From positions 152,049,159 through 152,113,158 of the forward strand of contig NC_068982.1 of assembly GCF_001194135.2 (NCBI RefSeq): a DNA stretch of 64,000 nucleotides, given 5' to 3'. A program made the position numbers and the translations under genes. The DNA comes from Octopus bimaculoides (Eukaryota). The notes beneath the pieces were generated by a model. It had not been told where the DNA came from. It saw only the letters and a program-made list of their open reading frames with translations, and made no database searches. This document shows positions 53,429 through 64,000 of the stretch, piece after piece (position 1 is the stretch's first letter; each line of letters starts with the position of its first letter).

Positions 53429-53800
53429 GTCACCTGCTTGATATGGTTGGATGATCTGTTGCACTTTCTTCTATTTTCTCCACTTTTGCATAATGTGAAT
53501 TCATATTCAGCATCCCATCATTCTTTTTTGGCAAAGCAGACTGCTGTAATCTCTCATATTGCACAATTGGGCTTTCTAATGTTTACATGGTACTGACACA
53601 GGCTCAGATTGAATAACAGATGTGCTGAAGAATAGTATTGTCATCGCTTGAATCATAAAATGCAAGCCAGTTTGGACATTGTAACACACTACAATAAGAA
53701 TTCCAGTCAGTTTTGTTCCAGTCAAAGTAGGCCATCTGGAGGTAGTGAAAACATTTTTTTTTCTGCTTATAAGAGATATAATGATACACATTGCATATAT
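53429..53800 (-). mobile_element. CR1-like LINE fragment (endonuclease-RT linker)
   Basis: Minus strand YFDWNKTDWNSYCSVLQCPNWLAFYDSSDDN resembles the 'KADW..F...L...W' linker of CR1/L2-type ORF2. Confidence 0.45.
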
Positions 53801-54329
53801 GTGTTATATATCATTACATTTTAAATATTCTTTGATATGAAATATTAAGGATATTTCATATAATTCATTAATCAATATTTTAGCTTCTGGGCTGTATTTA
53901 AAATGTACAAACAAACGATGATAAAAATACAAAAGAGCTTGCATTTTTAAGGTTATAAAGCTGATAAAAAATGGCACTGAGGTTGTAGTTTTTATATGCC
54001 ATAAACTGGTTTCTAATAATTTTTTACTTCAAGTATTGGCCAAGAAACATTGATTTGGCTCCTACCTGTTGGTTATTATTATGTTTATCTTTTTCTTTGC
54101 CTACATATGTTTCCACTCAACATAAATATATTTGGAGAATCTTTGCTCAACAATAAATTACTTGTTTCATATATGGATCATGAAACTGCAAACCAAAATT
54201 GATTCAAGGAAAATAAGTAAATAGTTAATAGGGTTATGTTACATAACATAAGAGATTGTAATTTGTTTGAATTAGGAATTGATATTGATGTTGAATATAG
54301 AAGTGATGTGGACCAGAAAAATTGTATAG

Positions 54330-54497
54330 CGTTTAGCGTCCGTTTTCCATGCTGACATGGGTTGGATGGTTTGACTGAGGTCTGGAGAGCCAGTGGCTGC
54401 ACCAGGCTTCAATCTGATCTGGCAAAGTTTCTACAGCTGGATGCCTTTCCTAATGCCAACCACTCCGAGAGTGTAGTGGGTGCTTTTTATGTGCCAC
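54330..54497 (-). mobile_element. Family A fragment, reverse
   Basis: cgtttagcgtccgttttccatgctgacatgggttggatgg...ggatgcctttcctaatgccaaccactccgagagtgtagtgggtgc. Confidence 0.8.
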
Positions 54498-55964
54498 AAG
54501 CATTTTTGAATATTAATAGAAAAAAATCATGGTTTGAATGTCTTTATTTCTTACACCCATGTCATTTGATAAATGCAAATAGATTTTTTTTAAAACCATA
54601 ACTGTTATAAATTAGATAGTTTACCTTCTCTTCTAAATCTAAATTATGCATTCTTTAAATTAAACATTTTGATCTCACAAACTATTCACTGATTTCCATA
54701 ATTTTATTCATATATTTTACATTTCTATTGAAGTATTTCTGCCTTTATACAAATTTCAAAAATATTATTGAAGAAATGGTTAGGGTTGTGAGGTTGTTAA
54801 GATCATGGCCAGTGGATTTCAAGTTGATATTATTTTAGTATTTTCACTATACAGTCACATAAATCTACATGGGGATTTAGTCTCCCTAACATGATACTAA
54901 TTATCAGGCCATAAAGAATTTGAACTGTCTTTCATCTACTTTGGATTATGAAAAACCATAGATAAGCTTATGCATTTTATAAAATATCTGAGTTCATTAA
55001 CAGCTTAATTTACTGTGTATTTTTTAATATTCATAAATTTAATTACAAATCATAAAATAATGGTTGAATTCAAGGTATTTTCATTTAATCCATATTAATA
55101 AAAAAATATTCTGAGCTGTCTAAAAAAATCAGGTATTAATCATTAAAATAATTCTGTCAACTTTTTCAGATTTAATGAATCTTAAGCAATCTTTTTATCT
55201 AAATTTGAACTTAAAATTTCAAATTTCTAAATTCCTTATATGAATATATAATGATTTGTAGGATTAAAATTTTTGAATAAAGTGGGTTGTTAAAATAGCT
55301 TTATTTTATTCAATTCTAGCGGATCAAATGACTTGTTTAGGAAAGGGAAAATTATTCTTACACTCAAAGATGTAGTATCTCCTTTTGAAGTTCTATTGAG
55401 CTATCATAAGGAAAGCAAAACAATATGAATATCATAAAACAAGTTTAAAAATTGAAAATATGCCCCTACCCCAGCAACACAAAAGAATTGGATATTTTTT
55501 CGCCTCACAAAATGCTCTTAACTTATTGGTAGTAGTATATTGTGCCCTGTTCAGTTTATCAAAATAAACTGATTAATTCAAAGTCAAAAGTGAAGCTAAA
55601 ATGAAAACTTGTAATTTTGGAAGTTCACCAAGATGAAAATCAAGTATTACATTATTGTAGTTGATATTGTTCATTTAATAAATGAGAACTAATCTTCAAT
55701 ATTGCTAGAATATCAAGGTATATATTTTTTTTACCAGGCTGTGAAATCATAAACCCCACCCTATACTCAGTCCTACACATTCTCAAACATGCATAAAAAC
55801 ACAAATTGTCACAGAAATACAGGTGAAAACTAAATGGCATTTGTTTCTTTTGTTATAATAAATTTATGCACAAATATACAAACTTCATGCATACATATAT
55901 ACCAACATATATCAGTTTATCTATAAAAGTTTGGAGGTGCAGACATGAGTCCAGGGTGAGGTAT

Positions 55965-56730
55965 AACCATGTGGTTAAGAAGCTTACTTCACAGCTATGT
56001 AATTTTATGTTCTCTCAATTACATGGTACCTTCAGCAAGGGGCTTTCTATATACATGTATGGGGAGGGGGATGAGGATTACTTTCCAAACCACATGGTTT
56101 TAGGATCAGTCCCATTACATGGCACTTTGGACAAGTACAGCCCCAGCCAACTAAAGCCTTGTGAGTGCATTTGGTATTTGGAAACAAAAAGAAACATATC
56201 ATATAATATATATGTATATATGTATGTGTGTGTGTGTGTGTTACTGTCTCTTTGCTTTGACATTATGTGATAACTGATAACTGTATGCAAGAGTTATTGT
56301 CGTGCTAGTGGAATTCTTCATTTTCAATCTTCTGTGGAAGCATGTTTGGTCATGGGGTAATATTATCTTATTTGGAAGTAGATGAATGCTGGCAGCAAGA
56401 AAGGCATCCATCCAACTTTAGAAAGCCTGCTTCAGTGAATTTTGTTCAATCCATGTGAGCATGGAAAAGTAGACACTAAAGTGATTATGATATATATGTG
56501 TGTGTGTGGGTGTCTGTGATTGTCTCCCACCACCAATTGACAACTGGTGTTGGTGTGCTTAGGCCCCCATAACTAAGCAGTTCAGCAAAAGAAACTGATA
56601 GAATAAGTATCAGGTTTTAAAAAAATAAATAAGCACTGGGGTCGATTCATTCGACTAAAAATCCTTCAAGGTGGTGTCCCAGCATGGCTGCAGTCTAACG
56701 ACTGAAACAAGTAAGAGAATAAAATAATAG
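55965..56730 (+). mobile_element. Cluster of diverged family B SINE parts
   Basis: Heads at ~55965 and ~56080, central block ggcactttggacaagtac..aaagccttgtgagtg, tail ccccagcatggctgcagtctaacgactgaaacaagtaag at ~56680-56720. Confidence 0.65.
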
Positions 56731-59604
56731 AAGAATATATGTGTGTGTGCATGTGTGTAACATTCATATATATATGCATCATATATGTAACTTAGGTGAA
56801 TATTTTTATGTTTACATATTTTCATAATAGAAAACTTTGCTGCATGAACCATAATGACATAGGGAAATATCTTAGAGGAGTATTCTACAGACTGTACACA
56901 TTCAGTGGGAGTATATGTAAGATGATATTTTATTCATCTTTCAGTGTTTGACAGGGTCTTTTCAATTATTAAGATGTTTATTGATATTCAGAAAAGTATC
57001 TGAGTGGGTATATGAATGCTTTTTCTCTATTGATAAATTAAAAGAATTTGCTACATGATTTAGTGAAAGCACTGAAGATGAATAAAGATTATTGAGAAAA
57101 CTTTTTATATTTTTTTGAGAAAATTATTTCTATTTTGAATTTATTGTAATTAAAGTCGTCTCCTTTTTCTCATTCTAATATAACATTTAGCTAATTTAAC
57201 ATTTGTCACATTAGACTGGCTGCTAAAAAAAACGATAGGAAAGCAACATTATGACCATATTTATAATGAAAGCCAAACCTTAAGAAATTGACCACTAATA
57301 AATCTTGACATAAAACTCACACTTAATTTTTACTGAGAACAAAAACTATACTGTCAAATAAAATAGAATCAATTTTGTATTGAAAGTATATGCATGTATT
57401 GTTTTATTTTTACCTAAAATGTAACATATCCACAATTAATCCATTGGAATTGTGCTCAAAGAAGAGAAAATGAAGCATGAGAATCAAAAGATAAATTCAT
57501 TTGAATTATGAAGAGAAAAAGGCAGTACGTTCTTTCAAATAATATGAAACATAGAAACATTATGGTTTAATTTTGTTATAATTGCAGCCATGTATCCCTC
57601 AAATATCTTCCTATCATCTTAAAAGAAAGGAGGTATGATGGATAAAATAAAGCTCAATATCTTCTTTCTGACAAGAATAGATTTGATGGTCAAGGCTAGA
57701 AAACTTTTGATCATATATATTTCAACTGAATCAATGATAACAGGGCACTGGGATGTCAAACAACAACCAACTTATACTTGGTAAAACTTATATTAGATAC
57801 TGGCAGAAGGCTGAGAGAAATCTGTCAAGTGAGAGGAATGGGAAAGTTAATATATTTGTAACTCAGAATCAGATATTTACCATGCATTCCCTCTTTTATT
57901 GGTAAATAATGTACACTAACAAATGTGAAGGACGCATAATCTATTGAACACAAGATTTTAAAAAATTTATGTGTCCTTTGGCAATATTTGAAGAACACTA
58001 AGGAGAGAGAATTACAATACTCAATGTTTGTGAAATAATGGAGCCAAGGAGGAACTTTAGTTTGATCAATGGTAAGGAATTTTCTGACATTTGTTTATAT
58101 GGGAAAGATCAATAATTGGGTTGATATATCGGTAATATATTTAACATATTATAACACTGACAGTTTTACCTCCTCTAACATCTGTGCATTTATGTCATCA
58201 AAATGGAGGCTTTCAACAATGAACTTACCATGCTTGTTAAGAAAATAACTATAGTTTCTGATTTTGTTGTATTAAGTTTAAGGCAATGATATATTGAGCC
58301 AGTTGCTTATAGTGATATGGATGGGAGGTAGATGTAGGTGCCTTACATTGGAGAAAGAGATGTGGTATTCTTGAAAGCTTGAAGGTCACTTGTATAGTTA
58401 TAAGCATCAAAATCAACATTACTGAAGTAAGCTCTAAGTTGACAAATATATGCTGGTACATTACACAGTACATTTGTTTCTTATTTTGCTTGATTAATTA
58501 TTAATATTCTAGTATAGACCTGAGTTTAAGAAATTCACCATTATAAAAAATTCTTCAGTTTCTTAGGCTGTAAGAGTCCTTTGAAATATATCAAATATTA
58601 CAGATTTAATATGCTAATAACAGGATAAATAAGTAGCAGTTGTTATAAGCATTCTTGGGAATAACATTACAGTCAAGACACAAGTCACACAGCAGTGTAC
58701 CTTTTGTGATAGAAATGATAATCTTTCAGCTCTTTCATTAAATCAGTTCTTTCGTGTGATGGTAATTCATAGATGAACAAAGTATATGACTGAAGGGAGA
58801 TTTATTAAAAAAAGTTAAGAATAAAGTTTTTGTCTGCAGATTATTTGAAATCAGGTGATAAGAAATTCTCCCCTAAGTTTTTCTCATTTTTGAGAAAAAA
58901 GTTCTTCAGAATGTTCCATATAAATGGGAAGGTAACATATTCATTTAAAAGAAACTAAAATGCGAGAAATATATATTCACAATAAAATCATATGAAATTA
59001 AATATCTTTAATATATATGCATTTAAAATATGTCCCAATTAGTTTTAAAGGTATTATGATCAATTATGATAACATTTTTACAATAAAATAATAACGTCTT
59101 AATAGGCACGACATTTTCACATTGTAAGGGATGGGAACTAAAAAAATTGGAGTTTTGACTGGTTTTCAAAATAAGAGAAGCCTGTCTTTTCAATCATTCA
59201 TGGAAACTAAGCTTCATATTTTCACTTCAAAAGATATAAAATAACAATGTATGCAGCTAGAAATTTATTGATTTATTTATTTCATTTGTGAGTATGTTTT
59301 CTTTTCATATTATCATCGACAAATGAGGCTAAATTTCAAACATACAAAGAAAATATATAAGAAAGTATATATGTTTAATTGACACCACTTGGAAATAGTT
59401 TCTTCTTTTTGAATAATTTTCACATTTCCTATCTGTGAAGAAGTAATTACATTGCACACTCCTATCATCATTGATGAGATGCGGCTCATTAACTTAATTA
59501 GGTTTATTCTATCCTGTTTATCTTTGTAAACACTATTTATATCACGTTTTATATATACTTCAATAATTTTATTTGAATTTGTTTCAAATTCATGTTTCAT
59601 TAAC

Positions 59605-59780
59605 ATCATCATCATCATCATCATCATCATCATTATCATTATCATCATTTAATGACTGTTTCCCATACTGGCATGGATTGAAGAGCTGGCTAGCCAGAGA
59701 TCTGCACCAAGCTCCAATTGTCTGTTGTGGCCTGGTTTCTATGGCTGGGTGTCCTTTCTAATGCTAACCACTTTACAAAG
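59605..59780 (-). mobile_element. Diverged family A fragment, reverse
   Basis: (cat)n-ttaatgactgtttcccatactggcatgg...ctatggctgggtgtcctttctaatgctaaccac. Confidence 0.55.
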
Positions 59781-59786
59781 TGTGCT

Positions 59787-60095
59787 TTTGTTTTGTGACA
59801 CCAGTATGGGAACCTTTTACATGGAACCCACATGGGTGCTCTTTATGTAGTACCAGCATGGGTGCTTTTCACATGGCACCGGCACAAGTGCTTTTTACAT
59901 GGCACCAGCATGAGTACTTTTTATGTGGCATCAGCATGGTGTGTTTTACCTAATGCCAGCATGAATGCTTTATACGTGGTACCAGCATGGATGTTTTATA
60001 TGTGGCACCAGTACAGGTGCTTCTTACATGACACCAGTATGGGTGCTTTTTAGGTGGAACCAATATAGGTACTTTTTATGTGGTACCAGTACCTA
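59787..60095. repeat. 26-bp tandem minisatellite, ~12 diverged units
   Basis: Units such as agcatgggtgcttttcacatggcacc / ggcacaagtgctttttacatggcacc / agcatgagtactttttatgtggcatc. Confidence 0.8.
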
Positions 60096-60888
60096 TGAGG
60101 TCACCTAGAAGCTTGCAAAACAAGGACCTCATCTAAGAGAGAGGGAGTGGAACTGAGAGAAGTGGTTGTGTGCCAAGCAAGAAGTTGGATTATGATAGAG
60201 GGATAGGGGTAGCTGTTTTACTACAGAGGAGATACTGTGCTACACCAGTAGGACATGGAAATAGGGGGAGCTGGGAGAGAAGAGACAGTCAGAGTGAGAG
60301 AGAGAGGGGAGTATAAGTAGTACAGAGAGGATAGAGGTGATGTTTCATAAGAGTGTGAGGGCAGATATTTAGAGATAGCAAGTGATGGTGAGAAGAATTG
60401 GAGTGGCTGGGAGATGGGTAAGGTAGACACATAAAGGCGTTGTGAGTGTGCAGAAAGACACATGAGGGAAAGTGGAGAGTCCTGCAGTGGATGGTGGTGG
60501 TGGTGGTAGTGGTTGGGGAGATGGTTTGTGGGGAAGTTTTGCCAGAGGACAATTATGCATGTGTGTGATTGGAAGTTGGGGCTGTAGAGGACATACCTGT
60601 ATGCATGAATGGCCATGATTTTATTTATTCTCAAGCACAGCAAATCACCAGAAGACACAGTCCCTTGTCATCTCCTCTGTGAGACTCAACATCTAAAAAT
60701 CATTTTTTATCACTTCATCCCATGTCTCCCTTCTACAGATTCCTTCTACAATTAGAAATCAGCACTTCTTTCCTCATCCATATGCCGAAAACTATGGAAA
60801 AAGATTAACTGGCAAAATTTATAATATAAATGGTTAAGTAAAATCTACAATTTACAAATTTGATTTAGATAACAAGTAACAGATTAGA

Positions 60889-61397
60889 ACCATGCTTCAC
60901 AAACTTTTTCCAACTACCACCCACTTCTATTTACAAACACTGTTTTGATGCACCCTTGTTTATGATTCAGCAAAATTTATTATGTTATTTGTACATATAT
61001 CTGTGCACACAAGTCAGCAATTCACCTAATGTTAATCATGCAGTGGCTGTTTATTACATGTATAAAAATACACAGAAATTATGAGTCTTTTAAATAATAC
61101 TTTTGCGTATTGTTAAAAATTTACATGCACAGGTGGCATATGTTTGGTTTTGTTTATTTACTTATTCACATTTTGATGTCTAATGTTATTGTTGCTATTG
61201 TTATTGTCATGGATGTGACTGTTAAGCAACTTATTATTATATTTATGTTATTTAAAGTTAATATTTAAACTGAAGACAAACACAGAAAACAATGTGCAGA
61301 TGCATCTATTGCCCCTATCACTACTTTTATTCCTGGTACCTATATAAGATTTTTAGAAATCCTCAGGGGCAATATCACCAAATTTGGGAAACACTAC
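60889..61397. mobile_element. Possible hAT-type MITE
   Basis: Left end ccatgcttcacaaactttt and right end aaatttgggaaacactac are a weak inverted match resembling hAT (CAGTG.TTCCCAAA) termini; no TSD confirmed. Confidence 0.3.
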
Positions 61398-63642
61398 GTT
61401 AGAATATTTAGCTAAATGCAAACCATATATCATACTTAAAGGTTATGGGGACAATTTTGCTATGGCTCAAAATACTGATTAATCAACCCTCAAAAATATA
61501 AGATTGAATTTATCAGTGAAAAGATGTCAAATAATATTAATATTAATTGGGAACTAATATCAAATAATATTGATATTAATTGGAAACAGCAATGGAACAA
61601 CGACAATACTGCCATTTTATGATTGAAAAGTACAAGCAATAAAAGTAAGTTTAAATTTATTCAATTCAGTATTGCTGGATTTTGCCCCTGTACTTTGGAA
61701 TCATTAGGTACAAGTGCTTTAGAATTTGTTGAGACATAGTATTAGAGACAATTATGATATAAATGTCGTTCTATATACCAAGAATGGTATATACAATTTT
61801 AGGTAGATCATAACTATATCTATCATGATTTTTTTTTTACATAAAGTGAAATGATGGTGAGAACTGAATAAATTGCATTCAGTGGCATTAAGAAACTCAG
61901 AGTTCTAAATATAAGTGTTTTATGCTTGTGTCATTTATTAAATATAGTCTTTGTTATATGTTCATATATATGTGTATATGTATGTATGCATATATATGAA
62001 TATATCTCTATGATTAGTACTATTTTGTTATGCACATTCATAAAGCTGGAAGAAAATGGTGTTAAGCAATTTATCCAGTGTGCTGATGCTTCTACCAGTT
62101 CACTGCCTTTGAATGTAAAGAAATAATAATAGTAACAATGATAATCTCAGCAACAATATATACCTTATAATAAAGTGAGTATAAGTTTTAAAAGTATTAA
62201 AACCAGGATATCTTACATATTTCTCTTTGTTTAGAGTTTAAACCCTGAATAATTTGTACATCACCCCTCTCATGAGAACTTGCGGATAGACCATAAAGAT
62301 ACACACACACACACATATACATATGAATTGTAAGTGCTTGTATGCGTGTGTGTATGAGTGTGTGTAAGTGCATTTGTATATATGGGGAACAGCAGATTTT
62401 CTTTCAGGCATGGTGTACTGAAAACTCAGCTGGGTCTTATTTTTTGTCCTTGCAGTTTATATGGACTGGTAAGGATCCCAAATGAGTTATCATTTCTAAA
62501 CTTTCATGGTCTCAGCTTCATGGTGAAGTGATAGTAGCATATGTCTTATTTTCCTTAATAGCAGGCTGGAAGTGTGTGATTGATATGGATACCATCACTA
62601 GAGTTTAGATTTCAGTTGTTAGATTTTTACATACCATCAATTAGGTGTTTATTTTAGTTTGTGACTAGTGTATATGATCTATGTGTTTATTTTAGCTTTG
62701 TACTGTATTATAGGTATTGCCTTTATCATTTATTGTCTATTTTTGAGTGGAATTTGTATAGATATGTAGACTCCAAATGGACAGTTAGTAATGGAAATAA
62801 TCATTTCTTCATAATAATCGACCGGATTAGAAGTTTGAATTTTAAATTAAAGAATAAGGAACAAAATGCATAGAATATGCATATTTAATTTTACTTTTGC
62901 TTACTTATTATGAATTTGTTAAAATTCCTAGTCTTTAGTAATTACGTATAGGATTATTTAATCCTTTTAAGAAGTCATCAGCATGATATAAACCAAGGTA
63001 TATAAATGAAACATCTTATGAAGTGTAACATTTCTTTTTCTCCACTAATGATATTCTAACTAGATTTTTTTTAGTTGTGTGATGTAGTGCATGGCAATTT
63101 CTCCTTGTAAATGCACAGTGAGTCAGCAGGGGGATTTAATACTTGCACAACCAATAAAACAATCAATGTCATGAAATTTACAACTTTCATGTTTGCAATC
63201 AAAATTATTAATCACATTGGTCATTAATAACATACTCGTTACAAAGGTAAACTCCGGACTGATATATAAATTTAACAATGAAAATCTATATTCTGGTAGT
63301 CTTTTCTTCTTGTTGTCTCTGGGGAAAGGAACATTAACCATGACCTTCACAGGTCCTTCAAAGGGGTAAGCTTGATGCTATTAATGTTGTTTAAACTATT
63401 GCAGCAAATCAACACTTGTAAAAACATGAGCAGGGAGAAAATTCTAGAGAGCCAATGTCCTAGGGTAAAAGAACTGGTCATAAATGGTTAATGAGGGACC
63501 AAGTGGATTATGCAACAGGAGTGCCAGAGTGATGGAAATACGGAACCAGTTAGCTCAATGGAAATGTGTGTGTGTGCATACATGTACATGCATGTGTGTG
63601 TGTGTATGTGTGTGTGTGTATGTGTGTGTGTGTATATGTATA

Positions 63643-63690
<48 letters not shown>

Positions 63691-64000
63691 TACACAAACA
63701 GTGTAAAATTAACAGCAGAACTTGAAGTAATCCAGCAAATCTATACAAAGAAGATCATCTCAGCGTGACATGTCAGCTTCTGGAAGAGAGTGAAAAAGTT
63801 GACTCTACTCCCTAGAATAAAGGCAGGAAAGATATGCAGTGATATATATCTGGAAAATCCTAGAAGAACTTGTACCAAACTTTGACATTGAAAGCTACAC
63901 AAACAGCAGAATAAGGTGTCACTGCATAGTACCAAAAATTGTAAAACTGTCCTCAGGATATAGGACCAGATATTGTAATAGCTTGGGTTTCAACGGCCCA

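Noticed and set aside
59787-60095. Regularly spaced repeats superficially like a CRISPR array
   Set aside because: Units are contiguous and diverged with no unique spacers; eukaryotic context and no cas genes.
62408-62468. Strong-looking splice signals (tttctttcAG at 62407, tttttgtccttgcAG at 62455, donor GTAAGG at 62469)
   Set aside because: Resulting exons (61 or 13 nt) would shift frame after a phase-0 donor and do not resemble HCN S5. A poison exon cannot be excluded without junction reads.

Overview
AT-rich, microsatellite-laden animal genomic DNA from a draft assembly with five N gaps. The SINE/LINE complement points to an octopus or other coleoid cephalopod (inference). The only host coding sequence I can support is one 98-nt exon on the + strand (39226-39323) encoding the S4 voltage sensor of an HCN (Ih) channel. 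No other HCN exon was recognised, so the rest is probably two very large introns. These are filled with decayed mobile elements: three SINE-like families, RTE, R4/Dong-like, CR1 and Penelope-like retroelements, a Gypsy deletion derivative nested in a CR1, and pogo/Tigger, Tc1 and mariner DNA transposons with recognisable TIRs and TA target sites. Nearly all ORFs in the supplied track are microsatellite, gap or transposon artefacts. The most notable unexplained structure is a set of four long fold-back sequences (128-335 bp), some with decayed hammerhead-like motifs, around a voltage-sensor exon in a lineage known for heavy A-to-I recoding. Also notable is a TIR-bounded element carrying a tRNA-like cassette. 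I found no convincing novel multi-gene system; the findings are hypotheses.
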